In this document: piece by piece, positions 1 to 13,045 of the stretch
Layout of the letters: every line of letters begins with the position of its first letter
Position numbering within the stretch: the stretch's first letter is position 1
Source: Malacoraja senta
Lineage: Eukaryota
DNA length: 64,000 bases
Assembly: GCA_038087875.1 (NCBI GenBank)
Contig: CM075991.1
Location: 1,364,001 to 1,428,000, forward strand
Reading direction: 5' to 3'
Position numbers and translations under genes: made by a program
Notes under the pieces: model-generated
What the model was told of the DNA's origin: nothing
Seen by the model: only the letters and a program-made list of their open reading frames with translations
Database searches by the model: none

Positions 1-627
1 AGTAAAGCTCAAGTTGGTTTACCTATCCCATTGTGAGTTGTCTGTTTTTAAGTAAGTGAACCTTATCACCTACGTCAACCCATGACAGCAAAATCTGTCG
101 CCACTGTCGCCGAAAATGTTTCAACATGTTGAAAATTTTGCAGCAGTCGTTTGTAGTCAACCAAAAAAAAAAAAATCACTCTAAATGTAGCCATCGTGAA
201 TCAAATCTGGGCCAGGTACTCACAATTCATTTGTGAATACAAAGGTCGTACCACCATGTAGCCAGAGTCTAGAAACAGGCCTTCAGCCCATCCACAGAAA
301 CCTGTTTTTTCAACACCCCTCATCAACTTTTCCCAAGCCCCGATTCTCTTGCCAGTTACCTACCATAGGGGCAGCATGCTTTTATTATATACAATGAAAA
401 CAGTTCATGATTTATTGTTCAAACCAATTTTCAATGCACTAATGAACATCCATTAAAGAAACACTTGTCACTGTTCTTTTTACTTTTAATAAAACAGAAC
501 CATTTGTAGCAGGAAGATTGCAAAACAAAAAGATAGCAATTTGTTTTCTAAGAGGCAAGAAATGTAACGTGATAAAAACAGAATGAAAGACCATGATCAA
601 TGACTCCCTCAAACTGACATTGGAGAG

Positions 628-727
628 TATTAAAGAAGGAACTGCAGATGCTGGAAAATCGAAGGTACACAAAAATGCTGGAGAAACTCAGCGGGTGCAG
701 CAGCATCTATGGAGCGAAGGAAATAGG
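628..727 (-). mobile_element. Short Penelope-derived terminal-repeat insertion
   Basis: Same sequence as the arms of the 48592-49254 element. Flanked by imperfect direct repeats 611-627 / 728-744. Confidence 0.75.
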
Positions 728-1137
728 AGATTGGCATTGGAGAGGTTGTCTGTTAAATGTTGCAGTTCAGTGGAAACAAACTTTATGTGGGAATATGGTC
801 TGTCTGAGGGGGTCTGTCACTTATCATTGTCTTCCTTTCTATTTTTGTTATGTTCCTTTTATTTTATCTACTCATAAGGACAGCAATTTGTTCTCATTCT
901 CTTTCCTGCTGCATTCTGCATTCGGAGTGGGGCAGTTATCCTGCTCAGTTACATCTCTAGATGGAAGATATTGGAATAACAGCTAATAATGGGTATTGGG
1001 CCCACCATGTTATACAAAACTAATGTGTTTTTAAGCTCCTTCACGATGCCTTGTGTTGAGAACACACCTCAGAGAAACCTAAATACATCATTCCCTCATG
1101 CTCATTACAGCAATTTATTGGAAATATCTCCATTTAC

Positions 1138-1260
1138 CTTGATAGAGGGTTTAAGGAACAAACAGGTTAGGTTGTCTGGATCATAATGGAAATCTGTTGG
1201 CAGCGTTGTCAGCTTTCCGTTACGTCGGTCTAACGTAACTTTTGAGATTGTTGTGGCAGC
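1138..1260 (-). CDS. NCAPH: NCAPH exon 12
   Basis: 123 nt; [44 protein letters not shown] acceptor, AAG|GTAAAT donor. Confidence 0.93.
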
Positions 1261-1789
1261 CTAGAGAAACAGAACACAATAACTTTAACAGATTCAAACT
1301 TTAAACCTCTTGTTAAACCAAGTTACATCCCAAAGATCTCTACTCTGGAGTTTAGATCTTATTGCAAAATACTATATAATAACAGGGAACCGCAGGGTAG
1401 GTGGCAAGATGTTTATACTAGTATGAGAGCCTTGAACAGGGGGAGACACAATTGCGAGATTGATGCGGAAGGGGCCCACGAGAGGAAGAATGCCTTTTAA
1501 AACTGATCTGCGCAGAAACCTCACAGATTATTTAGAATTCTCCATCATGGAGGCTTATCGCGGAATTTAAAAAGAAAGCAACACTTAGACAGCTACATGG
1601 ATAGAAAAGGTTGAGAGATAAAACAAAACGTGGGGAAATAGGACTAGCATTGATGGTGCATCTTGGTCGACATGGGCAAGTTGAGCCAAAGGTTACCATG
1701 TTGCAGGGTTCTATAACTTTCTTGTTTTGAAAGATCAGGGAACCAAGCACTATGGTTAAACCATACCTGGTTCCCCTTGGTGGTGGTGG

Positions 1790-3020
1790 TGGTGGAAGCC
1801 ATCATCCACCTGCTCCATCGTTCCAATACTCACCTGGATAAGCTGGGAAGCACTGCTAGAGTCATGTTTTTTGACTTCTCCAGTGTTTTTAACACCATCC
1901 AGCCTGCACTGCTGGGGAGCAAACTGGAAAAGATGCTGGAGGATGCTCCACTGGTGTCCTGCATCACCAATTACTTGACTGGATGACCGCCGTATGTCAG
2001 GCGACAGAACTGTATCTCGGACATGGTAGTGAGCAACACAGGAGACGGTCCTCTCTCCCTTGCTGTTCACAATCTACACCTCAGACATAACTCAGACTAC
2101 TGCCACCTGCAGATGTTTTGTGAACTGCATCAGCGAGGGGAGAGAAGCTGAATACAAAGATGTAGTCAACGAATTTGTTGAGTGGTGTGGGCTGAATCAC
2201 TTGCAGCTCGCAACCAACAAGACTAAGGAGTTAGTGGTGGACTTTAGGAGAAGAACATCCCTGTCCCCCGTCTCCATCATGGGTGTGGATGTGCAGGTTA
2301 CCCAGGAGTACAAGTACCTTGGAGTTTACCTGGACAGTAAAGTGGACTGGTCCAGGAACACCGAGGCACTGTACAAGAAGGGACAGAGCCGTCTGTACTT
2401 TCTGAGGAGGCTCCCCTCTTTCAACGCCTGCAGTGCAATGTTTTATCAATTGGTGGTGGCCAGTGCCATGTTCTATGCTGTTGTTTGCTGTGGTAGCGGG
2501 GCGAAGGACGTGGACAGCAACAGAATCAACAAGCTCATCAGGAAGGCTGGCTCCGTCCTGGGAGTGGACTTAGATTCATTGGAGGTGGTCTCAGAAAGGA
2601 GGATGCTCCTCAAACTGCGGAGCATTTTGGACAATACATCTCACCCTCTCCAAGTAACACTGGTCAACCCGAAGAGCAGCTTCAGCAATAAGCTGGTTCC
2701 ACCAAAGTGCAGCACAGAACACCACAGGAGATCCTTTTTCCCTGTGGCTATCAAACTGTACAACTCACTTTTCTGTTGTGGGGTACATTGATCCCCCCCA
2801 ATCTTTGCACATCCCTCATTCTGGATTTTTCCTCTCGATAATTTAATTTCATATTTGTGCAATATTACATATGTGCTGAGCAAATACTGTGCAATCATAA
2901 GATCACTGATCATAAGATCATAACTGGTCACTTATATGTCATTAATATTATAATGCACATGATAATTTCAATGCCTTTGACCAATCTCTCTCTGGGATAA
3001 AGTGGTATTGTATCGTACTA
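1790..3020 (+). mobile_element. Degraded 5'-truncated Rex1/Babar LINE (RT 3' half)
   Basis: ORF pieces RVMFFDFSSVFNTIQP, LFTIYTSD, KTKELVVDFRR, YKYLGV, KKGQSRLYFLRRL, followed by a 3' UTR/tail. Confidence 0.85.
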
Positions 3021-3084
3021 TGGGGAACTCGCTCAAGAGATGATAAAATTTACCAAAATCATACTGTAATTTTGAGATTCAAAG

Positions 3085-3495
3085 ATTGAAAAGGCTAGGC
3101 TTGTATTCACTAGAGTTTAGAAGGATGAGGGGGATCTTATCGAAACATATAAAATTATAAATAGACTGGACAAGCTAGATGCAGGAAAAAAATGTCCAAT
3201 GTTGGGCAAGTCCAGAACCAGGGCCACAGTCTTAGAATAAAGAGGGAGCCATTTAAGACTGAGGTGAGAAAAAAAAAATTCACCCAGAGAGTTGTGAATT
3301 TGTGGAATTCCCTGCCACAGAGGGCAGTGGAGGCCAAATCACTGGATGGATTTAAGAGAGTTAGATAGAGCTCTTGGGGCTAGTGGAATCAAGGGATATG
3401 GGGAGAAGGCAGGCACGGGTTATTGATTGGGGACGATCAGCCATGATCGAAGGGCCGAATGGTCTCCTCCTGCACCTATTTTCTATGTTTCTAAT
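3085..3495 (+). mobile_element. CR1 (HER1-like) 3' fragment
   Basis: Homologous to 5960-6390; ends in a ttctatgtttcta tail. Confidence 0.85.
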
Positions 3496-4019
3496 CCAGG
3501 AAAGGCAAGAAAACGGTTATGTAGACTATATCTAACGTACATTGCATAATTTTGTGCTGTATGGAAATTGTCAACATTCCTTTCACTTCACGAACTCTGA
3601 GATTTGCAGGAAGTTTTTCTACATACCCTTTCTTTCAGCTCTTCCCTAATAACACAATAGCTCCTGCAGTGTTTCCTTCCTTTTCAACTCTAAGATCTTG
3701 CGCAACTGTTCATTATTCCTTATGAATCTTAGAAATGGCAAGTTTTATAGGTTTATATCTTTATCACTGCAAGTTAACTTTGGAGACCAATGGAACACAG
3801 AACAGTAAAGAGCAGAAACACGCCCTTCAGCCATGATGCCAATATAAACTAATTCCATATTCCTACCAAGGCTCCACATCCCTCCACTCACATGTCTGTC
3901 GAAATGCCTCTAAGATTGCTATCGTATTTGCTTCTACCATCCCTTCCTCAACAGCAGGTTCCAGACACCTACCACTCTCTGTAATGAAAAATAACCCAGC
4001 TATGCCCGTCTTTTCGTGA

Positions 4020-4562
4020 CCTTGAATGATCTTTGTACCAAAACGTACTCTGGTACATTCCCCAAATCTTTCTTTGCTGCATCAACGATTGCATTGGAGC
4101 ATTTTTCTGCAGGACTTTACCAATAACTTCCATCCTACTGTGACACCTATACTCTTTCTCAATTGTCTCCAGCACAGGGACACACTATTACTGAGATCCA
4201 ATTCAAACCCACCTACTCCCAAAGTTACATTGACTACATGACCTCCCACATGACTTATTGCAAAGACACCTTTCCTTACGCTCAATTTATCAGTCTCCTC
4301 TGCATCTGCCTCCAAAACGAGGCTTTGTACCCTGACATCCTTATGTCCCCTTTCGTCAGTAAATGTGGTTTTGCCCCTGCTGTTGTGGATGATCCTTCAC
4401 TCCTGTCTCCTGTGTACAGTTCAGCCTTCAATACTCTCCCCTCCCCCCCAGAGAGAACAAGGATAGAGTACTCTAGTCCTCATCCTTCACCCCACCAGCC
4501 TCTGCATCCAACATATCATTCTGGCATTTCCACAACACTCAACACTCAACGTGATCCCACTC
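4020..4562 (+). mobile_element. Old Penelope-like RT/linker fragment, interrupted by CR1 (continues ~6392-6605)
   Basis: FTNNFHP, KPTYSQSYIDY..H...CKDTFPYAQF...IC motifs; colinear with 53578-53990. Confidence 0.7.
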
Positions 4563-4564
4563 AC

Positions 4565-6391
4565 GTGAGAAAGAGATTAGTTAAAACAAATGTAGGTCCC
4601 TTGCAGTCAGAAACAGGTGAATTGATCATGGGGAACAAGGATATGGCGGACCAATTGAATAACTACTTTGGTTCCGTCTTCACTAAGGAAGACATAAATA
4701 ATCTGCCGGAAATAGCAGGGGGCCGCGGGTCAAAGGAGATGGAGGAACTGAGTGAAATCCAGGTTAGTCGGGAAGTGGTGTTGGGTAAATTGAATGGATT
4801 AAAGGCCGATAAATCACCAGGGCCAGATAGGCTGCATCCCAGAGAACTTAAGGAAGTAGCTTCAGAAATAGTGGATGCATTAGTGATAATTTTTCAAAAC
4901 TCTTTAGATTCTGGAGTAGTTCCTGAGGATTGGAGGGTAGCAAACGTAACCCCACTTTTTAAGAAGGGAGGGAGAGAGAAAACGGGGAATTACAGACCAG
5001 TTAGTCTAACATCAGTAGTTGGGAAACTGCTAGAGTCAGTTATTAAAGATGGGATAGCAGCACATTTGGAAAGTGGTGAAATCATTGGACAAAGTCAGCA
5101 TGGATTTACGAAAGGTAAATCGTGTCTGACGAATCTTATAGAATTTTTCGAGGATGTAACTAGTAGAGTGGATAGGGGAGAACCAGTGGATGTGTTGTAT
5201 CTGGACTTTCAGAAGGCTTTCGACAAGGTACCACATAAGAGATTAGGATACAAACTTAAATCACACGGTATTGGGGGTTCAGTATTGATGTGGATAGAGA
5301 ACTGGCTGGCAAACAGGAAGCAAAGAGTAGGAGTAAACGGGTCCTTTTCACAATGGCAGGCAGTGACTAGTGGGGTACCGCAAGGCTCAGTGCTGGGACC
5401 CCAGCTATTTACAATTTATATTAATGATCTGGATGAGGGAATTGAAAGCAACATCTCCAAGTTTGCGGATGACACTAAGCTGGGGGGCAGTGTTAGCTGT
5501 GAGGAGGATGCTAGGAGACTGCAAGGTGACTTGGATAGGCTGGGTGAGTGGGCAAATGTTTGGCAGATGCAGTATAATGTGGATAAATGTGAGGTTATCC
5601 ACTTTGGTGGCAAAAACGGGAAGGCAGACTATTATCTAAATGGTGGCCAATTAGGAAATGGGGAGATGCAGCGAGACCTGGGTGTCATGGTACACCAGTC
5701 ATTGAAAGTAGGCATGCAGGTGCAGCAGGCAGTGAAGAAAGCGAATGGTATGTTGGCCTTCATAGCAAGAGGATTTGAGTATAGGAGCAGGGAGGTTCTA
5801 CTGCAGTTGTACAGGGTCTTGGTGAGACCACACCTGGAGTATTGCGTACAGTTTTGGTCTCCAAATCTGAGGAAGGACATTATAGCCAGAGGGAGTGCAG
5901 AGAAGGTTCACCAGACTGATTCCTGGGATGTCAGGACTTTCATATGAAGAAAGACTGGATAGACTTGGCTTATACTCGCTAGAATTTAGGAGATTGAGAG
6001 GGGATCTTATAGAAACGTACAAAATTCTTATGGGGTTGGACAGGCTAGATGCAGGAAGATTGTTCCCGATGTTGGGGAAGTCCAGGACAAGGGGTCACAG
6101 CTTAAGGATAAGGGGGAAATCCTTTAAGACCGAGATAAGGAAAAACTTTTTCACACAGAGAGTGGTGAATCTCTGGAACTCTCTGCCACAGAGGGTAGTT
6201 GAGGCCAGTTCATTGGCTATATTTAAGAGGGAGTTAGATGTGGCCCTTGTGGCTAAGGGGATCAGGGGGTATGGAGATAAGGCAGGTACGGGATACTGAG
6301 TTGGATGATCAGCCATGATCATATTGAATGGCGGTGCAGGCTCGAAGGGCCGAATGGCCTACTCCTGCACCTATTTTCTATGTATCTATGT
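4565..6391 (+). mobile_element. Young 5'-truncated CR1 LINE (RT domain to 3' tail), one frameshift near 5885
   Basis: KSPGPD, NYRPVSLTS, YLDFQKAFDKVPH, SGVPQGSVLGP, KFADDTKL, RPHLEYCVQFWSP; ends in a (TATG-like) tail. Confidence 0.95.
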
Positions 6392-7499
6392 ATCACCGGT
6401 TACATCTATACAACCCCCACATCTTTCTATTGAGACTACTCTCTGCAGCTCCTTTCTTCGCTTATCCCTTCCCATCCAGCCTACCCCCTCCCCAGGTCCT
6501 ACCCCATGCAGTTGCAGGAGACAACACCTGTCCCCACAGCGGGTCGGGCAATATATCTAGAGAAAATGGATATGTGACGTTTCGGGTTGGGAACCTTCTT
6601 CAGATTCCTTACAAATATCTTACAATATTTACAATACCTGGTCATCCGAGATTCCCAAGGCTTGCCATCCATATCTTTCATCCTCACAGGAACATGTTGG
6701 TCCTGAACTCTAACAAGCTGGCTGTTAAAATTTAGAACCTCTCTTTTCACTCAAATGGCCTCTCCCATCCAACCTCTCAAGGTTCCTGCCCAATACTGTT
6801 GTTATTAGCCTTCTCCCAATTTTGCACTTTTATCCATATCCGCACCCATCTTACAACTCATGGGATTATCATTACTATTCCCAAAATGCTCCTCCACTGA
6901 AACCTCAATCATCTGGCCAGGTTTATTCCCCAATAAAGATCTGGTATGGCCTCATCCCTCTCAATAAACCTTCCTGGATGCAACTAATAAATTCTTCCTC
7001 ATATAAGCTTCTGACACTAATAGAGTCTTAATTAACATATAGGGAAGCTATTATCAATCATTACAATACTGTTGTTTTGCATTGCTTCAATGAGGTGCCT
7101 CCATTCAGTTCCTTTAGTTCCAGCTGGGTATTGGGAGCTCCAAGTAGTGTAATCCCCTTATAATGATGGTGCCTTTTTCATTCCCGAGTTATATGCAAAT
7201 GGCCTCACTGGATGAAGCCTCCATATCGTCTCTAAATGCACCTTTGATTTCCCCCCCTGTTCATAATGCAACCCCCCAGTCTGAAGAAGAGTCCCAAGCT
7301 GAAACACAGTCTGTCCATTTCCCATGATAAATTACAAATAACTTGTACTTGTGCTATATCTCCAGGATAAGTGCTCAACTAAGAAAGCCAACCCCAAAGC
7401 CAAAGTATTGTCTAACTATCTAACTAAATACACCAACTTACAATAAATAACTGTATGCAAAAAACAGCTACCTTCATATTAACTAGCTCTTTAAAAAAA

Positions 7500-10400
7500 A
7501 ACGAATCCTGTGGATGCAAGTATGTCATTGGGGTTATCGTGGGCACCTCCCTTCACTGGTGTTTTGTTGAGTTAGGTCCACAACACCTCGGGAAGGCTCA
7601 ACAATTGGTTCTGGCGTTCCAGAACAATCCTCCTCAATGCCTGCTTTCACCACCTATGTTACAAGTATCTACTAAATAATGGAAGTTGCAGCCAATTAGT
7701 TCACACTAAATGCTAAACACCTGCATCCTATTTCCAACTTATCCTAGCCCATAATTAAGCTTGTAACATCACAAATATCACCCTTGTATACACTTACACA
7801 GACTATAATTACAAAGCAATACACATACTGCCTGTCATACGTTTCCTTTCTTCCCCCAACTCATTTTATTTATTCTCCACCAAATCCACCTACTGCCTTG
7901 CTCTGCTGCCTCTGACATCTGCTTTATGGCCTGACGCAAACTCTGTCCACAAATTCCTAGCTCTCAAAATAGCGACGTGATCGATCTCACTATGAAACCT
8001 CTGCAACCCATCTCTACCGGACATACTCTTGCTCTCCATCCTCGCTGCTCAACATCTGCTGCCAGCTCTACATATCTTTTTCCTTTCATAAGCTCATCCA
8101 CTAAGTTCTCCCAAGCCACCGTCAGTTCTATAAAATACACCATCCGCTGAATAAGAGACCATAACACTATATCAGACCTCAAACTAGTACTAATTATTTC
8201 CTGCAGAACAACAAGCTCTCCTCCCAAATCTATCTGCATCTCACAATCATAGGCTCCCAGTAACTGGCCTGATTCATGTCTGTCTGCAAACTTCCCTCCT
8301 CTACTTTTCTCTCACTCAGACAAATGAATCGTTACCCTCAGTCCTGATGGCGACTGAATTCACATGCTCTCCTTCTCTCAATTGCTGCAGCTACTGTATG
8401 CACTTCAAGATCTGGTTATGCCGCCATGTATACAGACCCTGAGAAAGACTAGTCCTACATCCTGACAAAATATGCCTCAATGTTGCCACCTCTGAACACA
8501 AGGAACACGCCGCGTTCTCACCTACCGCGTTTGAGGTTCTGCGGTGATGGCAGCACATCATAAATTGCCCTTGTACGGAAACTTACATGACCCGCCTCCA
8601 TACACCACAGGTGCCTCCAGCTAAACCTCCTTTTCTACACTTTCCCAGTTCATCCACTGTCCCTGCTTAACCCGAGCTACTGCCCTTATACATCTCACTG
8701 CTTCCTCCTGACAACGTACCTGGTCTACAACCAATTTCCTCCTCTCTGTTGGACCTGCCTTACTCAACATTGGTTTCCCTAAGCCTCCTTTCCCTTGCTG
8801 CACCCTACCAACAATGTCTGTATGGCTCAGAGCTGCTTGTGCTTTTTCTACTGCCTGCTTTGTTCCACTTTCTCCCTCTACTTATACTTGGCACCAGATT
8901 ACTAATCAAGCTATCCTTGCGCCCTGATAATTACAACTCTAACCTCACCTTCGCACACTTAAACTCCTCTGATAGACTAGACAATGGTAAATGGAGAATA
9001 CCTTTTCCATATAAAGTCACATTACTAAGACACCGTGGAACTCCAAACCATTTCCTAATATAAGAACTAACCAATCTCTCTAACCTTTCCACCATAGAAA
9101 TTGGCACCTCATATACTGTCAAAGGCCACATCAATAGCCCAAACTGCAAACACCAACTTGCCTGGAGGCCCTGACTTCTATATCCTTTCTAACCCATCAG
9201 TAACATATTTTCTAAATTGCTTAACCTGTTCCGTGTCATCCAACTTCCTGTTATACCACCTACCCAAACTTTTAACTGGTTTCTCCATTATAGATGACAT
9301 TTCTTCATCATCTACATAAAACCTTTTGTTTACTACCTTTCCTCTGACCAAAGAAATACTCCATGATTTACTAGGCTTCATCTTTATGCTATCATTTAAC
9401 TTCTCTAATAACCTTCTTGTACAAGTTACTGTTGTGGTCACCAAGGTCATATCATCGATATGGGCCCTGATTGGAGGGAGGCGCAGCCCATCCTGCCGTC
9501 TCTCCCTGCCGACGACCCACCGTGATGCTCTAATCACTAGATCCATCAGCATAATTTTTTTTTTGTAATGTAAAAAACTGTAGTAAATGAAATTTCGTTC
9601 AAACCTAGGTTTGAATGACAATAAATAGCATTCCATTCCATAATACCCACCCTTCTTTCACATGAAGAAAGTCTCTGCCATGCTGATATAAAGTCTACTG
9701 TACCTAAACACATTCGGACATCTTGGAAATATGCTTTCACTAAATTTACTATCGATCCTGGACCTCTAAAGAAATCAAAAGCACTCCAAATAAGACTACG
9801 TGGCACAGATCCAAACACATTTGCCAGGTCCAAAAACAATACATGCAAATCTGTCATTCGAGCTTGGCTGTCTGAATCTGGTGCCATATTATGCTAATGT
9901 GTTCGTCGCAACCTGTGAAACATGGGATTCTTGCTTTCTGCACTGTGGTATCTATTAACCTGTGCCTTTCTAAATAGCTTGCCAGCATCTGTGCCACTAT
10001 GCTAAATAAAATCTTGCCTTCTACATTTAGGAGACTAAACTGACCCAACTCTGAAGACATTTTCTTTTCTCCGAGGGAATGAAAATTCCCCCTGCTCTAC
10101 GCCAAACCCCTGGTATGACCTGCTTCTCCAAAATCTATTCACAAGAGCCTCCACAAGAATCTAAGCACATCAGATGCACTTTTATATACCCGGTAAGGGA
10201 CTCCATTCGGCCCTGGGGCTGAAGAAGCCTTTGCACGCCTTATTACTGCTTCCACTCCAGTGGCAAAACATCTAACTTACACTCTATCTCTCCTAAGGGT
10301 GGTATATCTGGTGGGGAAACCCCTTCCCCTTTTCTTTTCTGGATCAGAGTATGTCCTTTTTTAATATTCCTCCAACTCTTCCTTTGAAGCTTTGAGCTTT

Positions 10401-11617
10401 TCACCTTTTTTCTGCCTAAACATTCTTTAAACAAATTTAAATGGATCCCTATAAAATGCTGACCTGATTCGCTCCTTCTTTCTCTTCCTCCTAAGGTGTT
10501 CTGCCCTCCTTAATATCGCTAAGATTTCTTAACTCTTCTTGCAAAACATTAATTCCCTCTCTCAACTGCCTCCTCTCCTTCACTAATCTCTTGATTTATC
10601 TCGTCTAACCACCTGTAGAGCCTGCACCTTTTTCTCAATAACACCAAACCTGTCTGCACCATATTGATAAATAATCTCTCCCATCTTCTCTAACTTGCTT
10701 TCCACTGTCCCTTTCAGACTCTCTAGCACCTTTACCAAATCTATATTAGTAGTTTCCCATTCCTTTCTTTCATTTGCCCCAGGCCATTTAACTCTAGGTT
10801 TCAGCCCACCACTCTTCTCCCCGACTGGCAGATTAACCTCACCACCCCCTCTACAGCACTTGTTCCCACCTCATCAGTAGCAGGGATAATATCCTGCGAA
10901 CTGTGGTTTTCTACCTGTCGCTGGACTTCACTCGACTGACTTCTCAAGAAGTACTGCTCAATTGTAGACTAAAGTGTTGGAGTAACTCAGCGGGTGCAGC
11001 AGCATCTATGGAGTGATGGAAATAGGCAACGTTTCGGGCCGAAACCCTTCTTCAGATGAAGTGTATTTATTTTAACGCGAGGATGTACAATGTTATAGCT
11101 ATTATGGAAACAGTTGTGAGAAGGGCAATATTGGCAGCTCAATATTCAAGGGAACAGATGTTAACTAATGTTTCCATATCAACCATCAACTATTCAAACT
11201 CCACTGAGTAGGGTCTAATCTTACTCAATGTTCCATGGTTTAATATTGATGACATAGTGCAAGATGTAAAAGGTGGGTGGGGGGGGGGGGGGGGGGGGTT
11301 TGAAGAAGGGTTTCGGCCCGAAACGTTGCCTATTTCCTTCGCTTCATAGATGCTGCTGCATCCGCTGAGTTTCTCCAGCACTTTTGTCTACCTTCGATTT
11401 TCCAGCATCTGCAGTTCTTTCTGAAGTACTGCTCAATGCTATTTCCATGCACTCCCTCTAACAAGCATGATCTATTCTGAGGCCCTTTGCTATTGATACT
11501 TTCTGCCAACCACAAGAACAGACCTGGAGCTTCTTTCCCTCTACCACGAAGCCACGGTCCTTCATTGATGCGCTGACTGCCTGACCCTAGGAAATCCTCC
11601 AGAGCTTTGTTTTTTGC
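7500..11617 (-). mobile_element. Degraded near-full-length HERO-like (R2 superfamily, RLE endonuclease) non-LTR retrotransposon
   Basis: In order from the 5' end: a CSCGW zinc-finger remnant (~11510), LLNVEGKILFSI, LDLANVFGSVP, AHIDDM (YMDD equivalent), KPVKSLGRWY, CSLC...HILSGC...WRHNQ knuckle (~8420-8510), and the RLE SDIVLWS..IELTVAWE..K..RY..PVEMGCRGF. Many frameshifts; ends approximate. Confidence 0.8.
10963..11422. mobile_element. Fold-back Penelope-derived insertion carrying a captured inverted copy of local DNA
   Basis: 15-bp TSD GAAGTACTGCTCAAT at 10948-10962 and 11423-11437; inverted arms 10963-11057 and 11300-11422. Confidence 0.85.
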
Positions 11618-12004
11618 ACCCCCCCCCCCACCTTTTACATCCCACACTATCATGTCATCAATATTAACCTATGGAACATTGAGTAAGATTAGTCCCTACT
11701 CAGTGGAGTTTGAATAGTTGATGGTTGATGTGGAAACATTAGTTAACATCTGTTCCCTTGAATATTGCCCTTCTCACAACTGTTTCCATAATAGCTATAA
11801 TATTGTACACCCTTGCATTAAAGTAAATACACGTCAGACCGTCAATTCTGTCGTGTTCATTAACCTGGCTCTGTCTGTTATTGCTATTAGATGTACTTAA
11901 CTGAATCTCTAACCTCTCCTCACTCACTCCATTTGCTTCTCACCCGCACATCGCGTAGTTTAAATGCTCCCAAGAGGCACAAGTAGCCAATGTTAGATAC
12001 AAAC

Positions 12005-12108
12005 CCTGGTCTCTCTGAAATGGGTCTCAAATTTAATGTTGTCTTCAAAGTCAAGTTCAAATACTTTCTTTGGTGCCCTTTTCCTGTTTTTATCTGGGAT
12101 AATATCAC
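12005..12108 (-). CDS. NCAPH: NCAPH exon 11
   Basis: 104 nt; (G)DIIPDKNRKRAPKKVFELDFEDNIKFETHFRETR; strong polypyrimidine tract upstream. Confidence 0.93.
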
Positions 12109-12438
12109 CTGAAGAAAAAAAGAAAAAATATTGAAGGTGTTTAGAATCAATAACTTCCACTGAAAAGATCTTTTTCATGCAACATTAGTACCAATTACAA
12201 TTTCCCATTGCACTTCAACACAATGTGCAAAATTGCCAGAAATTAAACTGTCAAGAAACTTTTAAAATCATGCTTTAAAAAAAAAAAAGAAATACAAATG
12301 TAAACAATGAGAATAAGGTACTCTGCCTTCAAAAATAATTGATTTCTTGGATTGTTTATTCAGAGTAAATTTAACAAGTTGATTTGGCAGCACCTGTGGT
12401 ACTGGATTTGACTCGCGTGAACCAGTTGTCATACTTAC

Positions 12439-12587
12439 CTTTGTGTCGGGCTTTAAAGTGCCAGTGATTAGGCCCTGCCCACATTCTCATTATTCTGGGA
12501 CTAAAATAGGAATATTCCCCAGGCTGGTTTGAAAGCTGGACACTTAGGCTGCTGAAATCCACATCTGTGAGCGGAATAACTTCTTTA
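12439..12587 (-). CDS. NCAPH: NCAPH exon 10
   Basis: 149 nt; (S)KEVIPL...QPGEYSYFSPRIMRMWAGPNHWHFKARHK; donor G|GTAAGT. Confidence 0.95.
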
Positions 12588-12836
12588 CTATGAAACACAA
12601 ACAATGTCAAAAAAGTGATTTCTAATTAAAATATATTCAGATCAACAGATTTTCAATGCCTCTTGATACTGCTCTTCCCGAGTGTCCTTAACATACTGAT
12701 GGACCATTTTATACCCTTTTTGTTTTTAATCCCAATTGTAACAGCATAAATCAAAAAGCATTTCCACTTATAGTTGTGTGGAACAATGACAATTTTTATG
12801 ACACATAAATGTTTCTGTAGCCGGCGAAACGCTTAC

Positions 12837-13045
12837 CTCCCTTGATCACGATTCACCGTATAGGCTTCTTTCTGATCATGGAAACCTTGCCCAATAAAAT
12901 CTTCAGCATCGTCACAAACATCCCCGTCAAAGTCATCCATCAGAGCGTCACAGACATTTTGCTGATCATCTGCAAATTCTGGCTCTGCATTCACGTCAAA
13001 TAAGCGGTCACTCTTCTTGAATTTCTCCAATATGGAAGTAACAGC
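12837..13045 (-). CDS. NCAPH: NCAPH exon 9
   Basis: 209 nt; AVTSILEKFKKSDRLFDVNAEPE...DDFD...NRDQG; donor AG|GTAAG. Confidence 0.93.

Noticed and set aside
1..280. Possible Harbinger-MITE fragment at the window start
   Set aside because: Only loose resemblance to 53327-53573, with no TIR or TSD visible.
1..1137. NCAPH exon 13
   Set aside because: No minus-strand frame with the expected YDY.N.ND..FCP motif; it presumably lies outside the window.
4163..5947. 594-aa ORF as a host or domesticated RT gene
   Set aside because: Chance in-frame fusion of a decayed Penelope fragment with a 5'-truncated CR1; no endonuclease, and frameshifted at the 3' end.
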